DNA of 64,000 nt. It comes from Euprymna scolopes. Lineage: Eukaryota. Numbering within the stretch: the first letter of the stretch is position 1; every line of letters starts with the position of its first letter. Below the pieces are notes generated by a model, which ran no database searches, was not told where the DNA came from, and saw only the letters and a list, made by a program, of their open reading frames with translations. A program made the translations under genes and the position numbers. The DNA lies in assembly GCA_053919585.1 (NCBI GenBank), contig CM132785.1, one strand, 5' to 3'. This document shows positions 39,282-52,463 of the stretch, piece by piece.

Positions 39282-39750
39282 TTAAATAATAATTGCATTA
39301 GATCCGTAAATAAACTATTACTCTACTTCATAATACATAAGTTTCTTTCTAGCTGTAATGCAAAATGTGTTTCTCTTGAAGCTGAAACCTCTTAGAAACT
39401 TAGTATATTGAAAAGATCATTACGCTATATATTGTTCTCATTCTCGAAGCTTTCTCACTGGTTGTATTCTCTAGCTCATTGGTTCTTAAGTCAGAGGTAT
39501 CTAAGATCCGACATTCGAGATGTGCGACAAGTGAGTCGGATGTCTATATTCACGCTCTTGAGTTTTAATCAAGACGAAACATGCACGTGCAAATAAAGAA
39601 ATCGATAGCATTTAACGGATATCTTAATAATACTAATTGACAATAAATAATTAACAGTTGCTTATTATAACTCCTTATTGCAGTTTCACGGTAGACCCGG
39701 CCTTCCCAGGAATTATACGCAATTATATATATTTCAAACTTTACATTCGG

Positions 39751-40012
39751 TCCTGGATATGACCTTAAACTATATCCGATGGTTAGGCCCTAGCTTGCAG
39801 GCCTTAGGGAGTGTGGAGCCATCCTTTAATTGCCATTACTCCCAGGTCCACTCTGACCCAGAGTGGTAGTACCTGTTAGGGTTCCAACTAAATAGAATAC
39901 GACCTAAAAACAAATATACTATATTAAAAAATCGTTCTTCAAAATCACCAGATTCGGCATGAAATAACCTGAAAAGGGTTGATATGCCATAAAACAAAAC
40001 AACCAACCAACT
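39751..40012 (+). mobile_element. SINE-like interspersed repeat
   Basis: CCATTACTCCCAGGTCCACTCTGACCCAGAGTGGTAGTACCTG core and a GGGTTGATATGCCATAAAACAAAACAACCAACC tail ending in short tandem repeats. A decayed inverted copy lies at ~35130-35260 (GGCATATCAAC, TACCACTCCG). Confidence 0.55.
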
Positions 40013-41159
40013 AAACTTTACATTCAGAAATATACAGACGTATAACACGCTCCTGGTGTTAGGTTTACGGTGAAGCAGCAATAGCATAAAAAACTACTTT
40101 TAATATTTTTTATTGTATCCATATATTACGTAAATAATATTTTATTTCGTATGCATAGATATTTGGTAGTTTGTCCTATTTTAATTTTATTAAAATATAT
40201 TTATAGTAAAAATCTCATTTCGTCAATGAATTCTTGCTCCATTGGTTATCTATAATCAGAGGGGACATGTTTTCATATTCGGAATAGATAGGCATTATTA
40301 ATAGCGTATAATGCCTGGATATGAAAGATTATTACGTGAGAATGGCCGTGGTATTTGGTACAAGAGTCTTGTTAAAACAATATCACGCTACTACTAACAC
40401 AGATGATACGTTGATTGTATTAAATAAATTACTTTTATTACACAAAACGATGGATTCCATTCATTACTTTGAGATTTTGAATATAAAAAGATTGGTTCAC
40501 TTATATTTTTTCTTCACCCTCCCCCCCAAAAAATAAACATACAGAGAGGTGTCCACAATTCGACTATCTTCCTAAATGGTGCTTCTTTTTTTTCTTTTCA
40601 TAATGACCCAAACGTTAATATTACATATCTTGACAAAATTAACAAAAATAGGTCATGCGGAGACCTATTGTATATGACTGGTTGATCTATGGTTTCAAAA
40701 TTCATTTTCCATTAATGGCGAGGTTTTAATGATAAAAAAAACCTTGTTTTGTCCAGCGATCAGACGATATAACAAACGTGTTAAAACTTCAGATAGCATA
40801 AACTGCAACGCATTGATAGGAAGGACATAAAGTCCGAAGGGTAAAATCGGCGAGCACTGTTCTGAGTACATTTGCATCATATTTGATCTATAACTTCACG
40901 AAATGCCAAATATATCCTTGCTCATCTAATGAAAAGATTAAAGTCATTTTATTGTTTTCCCCAATTAACTTTTCAATTACACACCAATAAGTCCCTACTA
41001 CTCTGAAACAAAGCTTTCACTACATCACATTTAACTAATGTTCATAACACATTAGTTATTTCCATTGTAAACCACCAGCGTTCACCATACACAGATTTAA
41101 CCAGCTTCCTTCAAAGGAGGAAAAATCTAGGGAATATTAAATTCACAAACGACCGAGAG

Positions 41160-41264
41160 TCATATAGTATTCCAAATGGAAACCCATCCGGTACTGTCCA
41201 GGCTCAACCTTGCTTAACTCCGGTGATCTAACGAGAACAGGTGTGATTATGTTGTATATGATAG
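41160..41264 (-). pseudogene. 5S rRNA-derived copy 3 (pseudogene or SINE3 head)
   Basis: Reverse complement ACACCTGTTCTCGTTAGATCACCGGAGTTAAGCAAGGTTGAGCCTGGACAGTACCGGATGGG..TGGAATAC matches the 5S internal control region. Confidence 0.8.
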
Positions 41265-41485
41265 TTTTAAAGCAATGGATACTTATTTCCGCTTTCACTA
41301 TCTTTTTTTGTTTTGTTGACGTATNNNNNNNNNNNNNNNNNNNNNNNNNNNNNNNNNNNNNNNNNNNNNNNNNNNNNNNNNNNNNNNNNNNNNNNNNNNN
41401 NNNNNNNNNNNNNNNNNNNNNNNNNNNNNNNNNNNNNNNNNNNNNNNNNNNNNNNNNNNNNNNNNNNNNNNNNNNNNNNNNNNNN

Positions 41486-41819
41486 GCCACAGTGCCACTT
41501 TGAAGTAGGGGGATACTATCGGGGGCATACGTTGCAGAGGTATTATGAAAGGATTTGAGCAGCAAGATGTCTGTTCCCATTACACTTGAACTTCTGCATG
41601 TCAGTAAAGTTGGAAAAGCAGAATTCCGGAAGTCTAGCAGTTATGGGGAAGAAACTATTGGAGTAGAAAGCTTTCTTACACTTAGAGATCTCTACTGTGA
41701 AGGGGTGGGATTTAGCTGCTTGTCGGGTTTGTCGGGGGTATTCACGTCGATGGGGTGCAAGTGCTTGTTGTTCGTCGGAACATTCACCAGTAAAGTACTT
41801 GTAGAACAGGCAGAGAGAT
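41486..41819 (-). mobile_element. 3' fragment of a CR1-clade LINE, diverged copy
   Basis: Colinear with ~44430-44775 (TGCCACTTT.A.GTAGGGGG, AGTCTAGCAGTT.TGGGGAAGAAACTA.TGGAGTAGAAAG, ACTTGTAGAACAGGCAGAG). Confidence 0.85.
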
Positions 41820-43443
41820 TTAATCCATCGGTGTAGTGGTAGTGTCCTGGCAGGTACTACAACGGTACACCAAAGTAGACTTTGAAGTAGTAGTAATTAA
41901 GAATTATTTCACTGGAGAAAAATATCTCTTAAATGCAGTTGTGTGTCACATCCAGGAAAGTTTCGTAATCAAGTAATTAAATAAGAAATTGATATTAAAT
42001 TGGGGGAGCATAAAGAATGTAGAAAGTGGTGGAAAAGGTATATTTTAAGTGAGGGGTTCAAGCTCTAGGGTTTCTGTGGCAGTTTAGTAGCGGTCTATCT
42101 CTAACAGTTAGCGTCGATATGAGCTCAATGGTGATTACGAGGTAATTAATGGGGTGCATTATCTCTAAATTGGATCATCACCTGACGCATTTTGATGTTA
42201 TACATGGAATCAGTTGTTAGACCTGACAATAAAATGCAAAAGTTGCCTCAACGTGTCTGATTATGAAAGTAAAACGTAATTACGGAAATCATATATGATA
42301 TCAGATAACTCAGAGGAGGTTGGGAGGGGGGGGTTAAAGAAAAGTAAACAAAAAAAAAAAAACACTGACAAAGATCTTTTTACTTCCGGTAGCTTTTCTT
42401 ATATCACAAAATACTATACTTCTACAACTTTTTTTTTTCGTTTTTATTTTTTTAGTTTCATAATTATATTTACTGACACGTTTCTACCTTTTCTTTTATT
42501 TTTCAATCCATCGTGTGATAAGGTATTAATAGTAAAATAAAAACCCTGTCATTTATTTATTTCCTGGATGGCTTATATGATTATTAGATAAATAAGAGGA
42601 ATGGTATATGTAGTTCGATTATAACAAAAATGTTATAAGCCGTAGCCGTTGTAACATAAATATTTGTAGTAGCAGGAATAAGTTTTTATAAAAATTGTTA
42701 TAGTAGTAGTAATAAGTGCAGTAGTATATGCTGATAAGTCATATAGAGATAGTCAAAGCATAATTTGCATATAGGGTGGATGGAGATCCTTATACATGGT
42801 AAAGTCAGTTCATCTAAGATAAGGAAAACTTTGTCAAAAATTCAAGCTGATGATTGTCACCATAACCGAGCTGTTACTGTCATCAGTTCGAAGTTGATAG
42901 AGAGATAGGACTTTTGGGCTGTTTGAAGGCAACTTATCTCAATAAAGGTAAACTTTGACTTAAAACTGAGAGTTTAGTATAAATCATTCGTCTTATTCAA
43001 TATGCCAGAGGATGACCCGTACTTTAATCCAAAAGTTGATTGTGTGTTGTTCAGTTCTACTGTGAAACAAAGAAAAAACACGTCCAGCTATCTGTGAAAA
43101 TTTCAGTTTTTTATTTTGTGTATTCTGTTCTTGATACAGAAGAGTACAAAACCTCCAAAGAATTCTGAACTGGTGGATGGGGGTAACACCCGAAAACGAG
43201 TACACAATCATCATTATTAGCATAGTTATAGTAGAAATATGATTAATCATAAAGCTACTCCCAAAAATAATCATAAAAATAGTAGCAGCAATAAAATGAA
43301 AATATTGACAACACATTCATTTATACGTCTATTAAGTAGTAGAAGTAGTAGTGATACTATAAGAATTAGTAGCGATACTACAAGCAGTCTACGTATTTGT
43401 AGTATCAGTACGACAAGTACTAATAATATATTACAAGTAGTGG

Positions 43444-43477
<34 letters not shown>

Positions 43478-44104
43478 AGCAGCTGTACAAGTAGTTGTTA
43501 TAGTCCTAGTACTAATAGTGTAATATTAAGACTAATAATTCTAAGATAATGAATTTTTTCAGTGTCCGGCTCGATCAATATTATTACTCTGCGGTTTGTG
43601 TTCCGTATGTCTGGTGAGAGCTGCTGTCATCTATCTGTATGTTTATACTGCGAATTATTAATATATACGGCCAAGTTAACTTTCTTTGTTCTTGTATGTT
43701 GTCTATATTACAAAGAGAGTAAAGCTGAGCGGCCGTATTGATGGGCGGGATGTACGTGACATAAGACAAGAATCAAGAGTCGATTGGGGAGTTGGAACTT
43801 AATCCATGCAAAAGAAAAAAAAAGCAAGGGAAAGGAAGAGGCAATGGACGACCTCTGTCTACACATATGCGAATAATAGAAAGAGAGAGAAAGAAGTAGT
43901 AAAAAGAGGGAAGAGCGATTGATTGAGTAGGAGAGAAATGAGGAAAAAAATCGAAAAAGTTAGAAAGAGAGGGGCAAATAGAAAGGTTACTACAGAGAAT
44001 GAAAGAAAAAAATTATGAATGGATATTTTCAAGAGATAGTGATAAATTACGGAAAAAGCGAGGAAAAGGGAAGATAAAGAATTAAAAAAAACTATAAGTA
44101 ATGT

Positions 44105-44169
<65 letters not shown>

Positions 44170-44392
44170 TGAAATTAAAAATAATAAATGTAAAATAGAT
44201 GTAGAAGCAAAAAGAAAAATATGTTCCAAACAAAAGCGATTAGAGTTGAGGGGTTGAAATAAGTATGAATAAATAGAAGCCGGAAGATAAATAGACGAAA
44301 CAATTTTTCGTTTTTCGGACTTTTCAAAGAATTTTCTTATTTTGAACTATTTCTTTCTCACTATAGACACAAGGCATTCCGAGAAAATCCTA

Positions 44393-45695
44393 ATTTTTTT
44401 TTTTTTTAATTACATTTTCACCCCAAACAAGGCACATTGCCACTTTAATGTAGGGGGCTACTATCAGGGGAAACATCTACTGGGGTACTATGTAGGGATT
44501 AGGGCAGCGAGATGTTGGTTCACGTTGCACTTGAACTTATGCATGCCAGTACAGTTGGGGAAGCAGTGACCTGGAATGGAATTCCAAAGTCTAGCAGTTC
44601 TGGGGAAGAAACTACTGGAGTAGAAAGATCTTTTACATCTAGGGATCTCTACAGTGTGGGAGTGGGATTTTGTAGCTTGTCGGGTCTGTCGAGGGTGTTC
44701 ACGTCGTGGGGGCACAAGTGCTTGCAGTTCTTCAGAGCATTCACCATTATAATACTTGTAGAACAGGCAGAGGGATGCAACATTTCGTCGATGGGACAGA
44801 GGCTGAAGTTTTGATGCCAGTTTAGGGCCTATCAGATTTGCGACTCTCTTTTGAACCCTGTCAAGGAGCGAGAGACTAGTAGCCGATGCACCGGCCCAAA
44901 TATGACAGCAATACTCCATACATGGGCGAATAGTGGCCTTATAGAGGTACAGGATACTTTCGGGTGTTAGAAGTTTTCTAGCACGGTAGAGAGAGCCCAC
45001 CTTCCTCGCAGCGGCCCTGGCAATGCCCTCGATGTAATTGTTCCAGCTCATGTTTCCTGTGAACGTTAGGCCAAGAAGCTTGAAATACGTACTCTCAGCT
45101 AAAGAGTTGTTGGCAATTGCTATAGGTGGTAGAGAAGGTTTCTTGTAATTATTGAATGAAACCAGTTTTGTCTTGGTGGCATTGAACGTTACCATCCATT
45201 TTTGTCCCCATTCCACTACTGATTTGAGGTCATCCTCTAGTGTTTCTGCCATTACTTTAGATATCGTGCCTGCTATAGAGTGTGGTGTCATCAGCATATA
45301 TACCCATCTCAGAGGCAATTTTGTCGGGGAGGTCATTTATGAATATCAGGAACAGCAGAGGACCAAGGATAGATCCCTGGGGCACTCCCGCATTTATATC
45401 ATATTGTTTAGACGTACGACCGTCGAGGACAACCTGGATTTTTCTCTTATCTAAGAAGGATTTAATTATGTTAAGTATTCTACCAGTGATACCGTAAGAT
45501 CTAATCTTCCTGAGGAGACCCTCATGCCATACCCTGTCAAAAGCCTTAGATATATCTAGAGCTACCGCTCTGCCATCTCCCGCTTTGTCCAGTGAATGGT
45601 ATATGCGTTCAGAGATTACAGTGAGGATGTCTGCCGTGGAACGGGCTTGTATAAATCCATATTGATGGTCGGTCAGAAGTTTTGCATCTGTAAGG
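44393..45695 (-). mobile_element. 5'-truncated CR1-clade LINE with 3' UTR and A-tail
   Basis: RT-encoding region followed by a short 3' UTR ending ...GTGCCTTGTTTGGGGTGAAAATGTAATT-A(n), seen as the T-run at ~44394-44407. Confidence 0.92.
44488..45692 (-). pseudogene. LINE ORF2 reverse transcriptase, C-terminal half, one frameshift
   Basis: Upstream frame reads HQYGF..RSTAD..ALDISKAFDRVWH..GVPQGSILGPLLFLIFINDL..IYADDTTLY. It shifts near 45275 into ORF 44488..45336: WMVTFNATKTK..LLGL..LYKATIRPCMEYCCHIW..LDRVQKR..FFPRTARLWNS. Confidence 0.93.
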
Positions 45696-46869
45696 TAATA
45701 TTAGAAAGTAGACTAACAGCGTGATATCTCGCGGTTTTGCGAACTTGCTTCGTCATATTGACACACACGTGGGTTGCCCCGAGATATTTGCAACTGGTAG
45801 CTGTGGTTTACGGTCTTTTTTTCTCTTTCTTTTTTTCAGTTTTCACTCCAAGATTGCACTTTAATTTCAGAATGAAAAACTATTTCTTCCCCAAATCGTT
45901 CAAACAGATGAAGAGGTCAAAATACATGAGTCACATTTTATATTGTCCGTTCTTCTGTGTTTGAGGATTTGTTTTTATATATCTGCACAGGGTATGAGTC
46001 CGACCGTGATTTGTTGCTGGCTGGTTGAGGTATGATGCTCTCCACTCCTAGTGGGTCCACTCTCCCAGGCATTTCCACCTCTCTGAAAAAGGCTTGATTT
46101 ATTTATAATCGCCTGGATCTACCACATCGAGCAGCGCAACAGAGCTGATCAGGCATACGTTTTAAAAATAGAGATCGCTTATCCTTATGAGCTGCCATTT
46201 TCAAACTACTCAAACATTGCTAATAAATAGTAAGATAAAGGGAAAAGGCGGCTTCTTTAAATTCAATGTATCTTCAGATTGATTGACGGAACTCTATATA
46301 CTAGTTTTTCTTCTTAGACTGTTTATTTATAAAGACGTCGATTACCTCTAGTTTAACCAACAATTTTCAAGCAACTTGTGTAACTTTAAATGTCACCTAC
46401 ATTGTATTATCAACCTGACTAACCTTTTATATATTTTGCCTATTGGTCATCCGACATTAAATGTGACACTTGTCAACTATTTCGTTACTGAAATATATCG
46501 AAATTTTAAAACCGTATTAATGGTAAGTCAGATCCAAGCATCGAGATGAGTACAAAAGTATATCTGTTGACTATTAATTCACAGAATACAACTGTTGTGG
46601 GTGAGATGTTTAATATGTATACTTGATGAGGAAATTAAACTGAGAGTCAGTTTATTGACAGGTAGATAAATATTTGCTTAGTTAGTTTAATCATGCGACG
46701 CAGAACAGATTTGAAGTTGAATCCCGGTTGCATAAAGGACTTTAAAGATTGTACAGGTGATGTAACTTCCTGGTAAACAGGGAAACGTAAATCTGTTACG
46801 TATCATTTTGGAATATTATCCATGAGTAACGAGTGATTAAGTATATCCGTGCGCATCCTTGTATCATTC

Positions 46870-46903
<34 letters not shown>

Positions 46904-47356
46904 AAGTATCGTTTGAATTTATGGTTAAGTAGCAAGTTTAGTCATTTAGAACTGCTTTAAAGTTTTACTGCTCACTCATTTTTCGACCAAATTTCAAACA
47001 ATTATTGTAGTTTATAGACCACCTTCTTAGCTATATTGTGAAAAAATATTAAATCTTCGTTCAGTAAAACAAAAGTTATAATGAATTTACTGGTATTTTA
47101 ACATCGTAAAAAACGTAAAGAGGTGAGTGACGTTTTTTTCTTACTGGTTTGCATAGCGATTACTGTTGCTAAAAATTCACTGCTGTCGCGAAAAGAGAAG
47201 TAACAATCGAAACAGACAGAATGAAAGAATAAAAGGGAGGTAATTGGGGGTATTTTATTGAAAGAAAACGAATGCCATACATCGTTATTACATATGTGTA
47301 TATGGAGCCAAAAAAATAGAACAAGTGAATTTAATAGAAGTCGGGAAAAATCATGG

Positions 47357-47590
47357 ATTACAATAGTAATATGCAAGCATGAAAAGTAATATGGTTAAGC
47401 ATGGAAATGTAAACGACTAGCTGTTAAAACTGGGGGGGGGCAAGATATTCTAGTAAAAAAGTATAACTTAAAATATTGCAGCATTAAGATTTTTTTAAAT
47501 TCAGTTCATAATATTATATAATCAATTCTTTATTTTCCCATGTTTAAGCTTAACCATATTACTTTTATGTTTGCATTTTTCTATTGTAAT
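47357..47590. repeat. Inverted repeat / MITE-like element with ~50-bp arms
   Basis: ATTACAATAG..ATGCAAGCATGAAAAGTAATATGGTTAAGC versus GCTTAACCATATTACTTTTATGTTTGCAT..CTATTGTAAT. Confidence 0.75.
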
Positions 47591-48122
47591 ATATTTTATT
47601 TTCTTAGGGCATAAACTGACTTCTCCAGTGATCACGAGACAACATTAAAACACAGAATCCAAAAACACAGCACTATTGAAAAATTAAAAATCATGCTGAT
47701 AACCGTTACAATAAATGCTGACTTAATTGATGTCGTCCCAGTAGGGTTATATAGCCTTGATTGTATCACATGGGCAATACAACTAGCCAGTCTTTCAAAA
47801 TTACGTAATGCGTTTCGTAATAGGACGTCGCCTGATCGAAAAAACAAAATATCACCCCCCCCGTCAAACTAAAAAAAAATGAAATGAAAAATAAACTTAA
47901 ACCTTTTGGTCATGTCAAATGATCAATAACTGGCCTGTCAAAGTAATAATTTGAAGGTGTGTTAGAAGGCAAAAGAGGCTGAGAAAAGCCAAGCAGAAGG
48001 TGGAGAGAAAATGTTTTTCATTGAATCTCTCTCAATAGTTGGGCGTCCATCAACAAACTTACCCTCGATGGGAAAATGGCGTGTGTTCGCAATCCGCACT
48101 CAGCGGAAGATTCGACTCATAA

Positions 48123-48189
<67 letters not shown>

Positions 48190-48193
<4 letters not shown>

Positions 48194-48620
48194 TCCAAAC
48201 AGGTCTGATTGAACACGACGTTTTTTTTTTCGATTTTTCTTTCTGTCTTTTTTTTTTTTTATATCTTTTAAATTCGCCGAGCAATTTTTTCTTTCTGCTA
48301 GCCTAGTATATATTATGGCGCCGAAAAGTTGTTGTCCAGCCATATTCGTTTCAAGCGCGTTCTATCAATTCAACCGATCATCGTCAGGAGCAATTGTTGT
48401 TTTGGGCGTTTTCTTTTTCGTTGAGTCCTGGTGTATTTATACTTAGTTTATAGTATAGTAAGTTAGTTTGAGACGAATATGGCTGAAAAACAATTTTTGG
48501 GCGCCATAATATATAATATGCCAGCTGAAATAAAAAGGTCGCTCGGCCGATTGAAAAAATATCCTAAAAAATTGGAAAAATAATAACTACATCGTCTTCA
48601 ATCAGATGTGCTTGAATAAT
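48190..48620. mobile_element. MITE-like fold-back element with ~160-bp arms
   Basis: TCTGATTGAACACGACG / CATCGTCTTCAATCAGA at the ends. Internally TATATTATGGCGCC.AAAA.TTGTT.T.CAGCCATATTCGT pairs with ACGAATATGGCTGAAAAACAATTTTTGGGCGCCATAATATA. Abuts (TA)n. Confidence 0.8.
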
Positions 48621-49283
48621 GATTGCTGCCAATATATTATATGGAAACTGGACTGTCGTTCTTCCGTAAACAGTATATAAGCCTACCTATTGAACATGGA
48701 CACATTAGGTGTAACTCTCACGAAATCAATATGAAAAGTCAACATAAAGGGTACAATAGACTGCTTTTCATGAGGCAAAAAATTACGTCAAAGAAAAAGC
48801 AAGTCAAACAATTTAATATGCTCTTTTTTATTATGAAACAATAGCTATTGAGGTTTACATTTCTATTTCCAAAACGTTGGAATACTAAGATCACCAAATT
48901 CATGAAAATGTCGAAATTTCAGTACTGGAAATTCTTAACCTTACTGCTTGACTCAGCTTGCATGGGAATCTTAAAGCAGAATTATATTCTATCTATGACG
49001 AAGAACAACAGGATTAAGAGTAATGAACCGAGAGTTACGGAGAGACACGTTAATTCAACGAGAGTCACGTTGGTCTTATCGAGTGAAAAGCGAAATCTAC
49101 CTAAATAGTCATAGAGAATGACATCATGGTAGTGTAATCGTTTGAAAAGTGTAAAAATCACGTGAATATCCAACGTCTCTGTTCTTCTGCACGTCGCACA
49201 AAGTGGACATATACATCTGAGTAATAGACACATGGATATAGACGATAGAGAAATAATATAGGTTTGCAAATTCTCCCGCCCTC

Positions 49284-49358
<75 letters not shown>

Positions 49359-49684
49359 TAAAAATCAGATCAGCTTGATTGGGCGTTTAAACCGTCCATC
49401 CGATTTCTGACTTCCGGTTTCTAAACATTCGTCTGCTTCCCTATTTAATGGCCGCTCTATCTTAAGTCCGATATTGGAAGCCATTGCTGCTATTCAAAGC
49501 ATACACAAGATCAACAATATTTTTGTTTTAACTTATTTTAACGTGTTTTTCTTTACAAATAAATGTTGTATATGTGTGGGCTGGTACAGCCCACTAAATC
49601 ATATAGTTCCATATAAGACTTATGACATTACGGCTTAGTAACTTATGATTCTGGAGGCCTCGTGTGTGTGTTTATATGTATATG

Positions 49685-50020
49685 TAGTCATCCACATAGA
49701 GTATTGTTTCGTTGTATCTACATTCAACCTACAACTATCGAGTTGACAGTCGAATCCGTGCACGCAAATGTCCCTCAGCAAGTGCCTATTAAAGAAGCGA
49801 TTGCCCAGCGCTTCACAGTGCTCACACGGACAGTGAGCTTCGCTTAATAGCCAAACGAAACATCGGGCGGAAGTACTTTCGTGACAATGCTCAACCCAAA
49901 TAGTTCGGCTTTATTAGTCATCCACATACAGTAACGTTGTATCACAACTTATCAGTGTGGCTAATCAAGCACCTTTTCTCAGTCGTGGATCGAATCTACA
50001 ACTATCGAGTTGACAGTCGA
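49685..50020 (-). mobile_element. Tandem ~267-bp unit (about 1.3 copies) with decayed type I hammerhead; retrozyme-like
   Basis: TAGTCATCCACATA at 49685 and 49915; ACAACTATCGAGTTGACAGTCGA at 49731 and 49998. Reverse complement of 49922-49960 = CCACA-CTGATAA-GTTG-tgata-CAAC-GTTA-CTG-TA-TGTGG; the other copy retains CAAC-GAAAC. Confidence 0.65.
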
Positions 50021-50124
50021 TAAAAATGTCGCCCAAAAGAAAATATCACTACAGCATTATTTTAAAACTTATATTGAAAAAAATCAATTGAGGTAACTTG
50101 GTTATGTAGAAGAGTTGACATCTA

Positions 50125-50640
50125 AAAAATGTAACCGCCTCCACCCTCGATACTGGTTCGGATCTTTTTCACGAACACCTGCGGAAGCTAGGCAAATACT
50201 CGGCGGATGGCGATGATCAGTATTGCATGGGAGGTTATGTTGGTGATGTTCTCGACGTATGACGGAAACGAAGTTGTCTAGCGGGTTTAGGTCCGGGTAG
50301 GAAAGGAACTAGTTAGAGAAGGATGCAAAGTCGTATCACTCCTTCTGAAACTTATCTTGAGTATCTTTAAACTTGTGAGCCGGCGCCGAGTTCTGTTACC
50401 ACACCCAGGGTCTGCCAGCGGCCACCTGATTGTATCAAGTGATTACCACACTCTTCAGCACATCCAAGTACATTTTGTGTTTGACTTTCAAGCCGACCTC
50501 GAAGATGTGAGGTGGCATGATGTGACCCTCACTTGAAACCATACCAAAGACCATGACCATGGCTGAAAACTTTGTTTTCATCACTCTAGGCACATCCCTG
50601 TTATTCGTGGTAATCCAGCGATGCATTTTGAAGATGTTGG
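50125..50640 (-). pseudogene. IS630-Tc1-mariner transposase relic, DD37D (maT) family
   Basis: DVPRVMKTKF..VMVFGMVSSEGHIMPPHIFEVGLKV..YLDVLKSVV then, through stops, GRPWVW*QNSAPAH...YPDLNPLD. Exactly 37 codons separate the second catalytic position (D mutated to N) from the final D. Confidence 0.88.
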
Positions 50641-50856
50641 CAATGGCCCTGTTGTCATTACTTAGATCGGTAGAGGGCATGAGTTGTACAGGGGCGCATC
50701 TCCGATATCGCTCCTTGAACATTGTGTCACTTTCAGACACGATAGAAGGTTCTTATCGCTATTGGGATTGTATACCTCTGACCAACTAGTAGATGGTCTG
50801 CAACAAAAACAGAAAACATATTGAATCATGGGCGTCTTTTGTAAGCGTAACCAGAT

Positions 50857-50950
50857 ATACCTGAAGACAGTCGGAAGGTGCATCGACTGAAATATTGTGA
50901 AAATAACTCTCAAAATTAGAACAATATTCAAAGAACCTAATAATATGAAT
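50857..50950 (+). ncRNA. Decayed Penelope-type hammerhead motif / pLTR remnant
   Basis: TAC-CTGAAGA(50861-50867)-C-AGTCG-gaaggtgcat-CGACT-GAAA(50889-50892)-TATT-GTG: 5-bp stem II and palindromic ATAT stem III. Confidence 0.55.
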
Positions 50951-51679
50951 TAGTTCTACATGTTAAGATTCTTGATTTCCACAATTTCCCTGGGGAACCT
51001 CAGCATAAAATCCTGGTTATTGCCCTTTATATTTCTCGTTTTCTTCTTTTTTTTTTCACTTGGGAGTCACTACTTATCAAGGCCTAAAGGTCACTCAAGG
51101 ATAATGGTTAATGAATGGGAGATGGTAGTTTAATAACCGTTAATGGTGTAAATTGGGTAGAATTTATGGGGACGGCTCAGTTCTTTTTTGTGGTTCTAAA
51201 TATCGCATGATATTTTGTCATTCTAAGCTAATTTTTCAAGAATTAAGGGTCACTGTTTACTCTTCTACTCTTTTCTTGTTTCTCTCCACCAGATTATGTC
51301 TAAACACCCAGAAGATACAATATGTATCCTAGTTTAACATCTTAAAAAAACTGGACACATTTTTCTGAGTTAGAACTCAATGGCTCTGTATAAAATGAAC
51401 GCCTTGGGTTGAGTGGTACATGGACTATATATTCTGACTTTGTTCGTTAAAATGTTTGATTAATTTATCAACGGCTCCAGTAGACATAGCAGCTCTATCA
51501 TATTTACGCAATAGATATGAATATATGTATGTACTGTGCTATTATTATGGTCATGCGAATTTACATATCGCTGTTTAGATGTGATTCTGGTTAATATATG
51601 AAAATATTTCTTTCCTTTCACTGATTTGTTTGTAGCTTTGTTTACAGGTGCGCACATTGGCTAACTCGATTCTTTGTTG

Positions 51680-51736
<57 letters not shown>

Positions 51737-52418
51737 AAGAGAGAGCAGGAGAGACATAGAGACTATGCGAATGTAGCTAGAAATAGCCCAAAGGACAACG
51801 GAATTGCTTACACTTGATCTTTGTTTCGCCTTTCCATAAATATATTCGTCCCAACATAAAAATCCCGGCTCGATACAAACGCTCTTTATTCGCGGCCGGT
51901 CGACAACAAGAAAAGGTACCCCCACACATACACCCACACGATAATATGTTGCCGAAATGTGTGTCCCTTTTTTGTATCTAGTGTGACTTGCACAAACCTG
52001 TATCGAAGAGAAACACATTGATGAACAGATGAGAGACGGTCGGGGCGCATATATTTCGAGTCACCAGGTTAGCGACGACACCTGGAGAGAATGGCTCCTC
52101 TTTGTTCTCAAAAGTTGGTTTGCGGGCGGCGCTTGTCACCTGAATTTGATGGCCGAAAAAAGAAAACTGACAAGTCTGACTTTATACCGAAATATATCTG
52201 AAGTACAGTTTTGAGCTCTTTTTTTTTTTTTTTTGCTTCCAAAGGTTACATCTATGGGCATTAGTCGTCATTAAAAATTTGGTAACACTTGTATACTTCC
52301 TATTTTTGATTTCAAGTTAAGAACGTAACTCGGCATTGGTCTAAAATATAGGAAATAAAGTAGAAGAGTTAACACCCTTGTACCTAACATTTCTATTTTA
52401 TCTCCCCCATTCTCTTTT

Positions 52419-52463
<45 letters not shown>

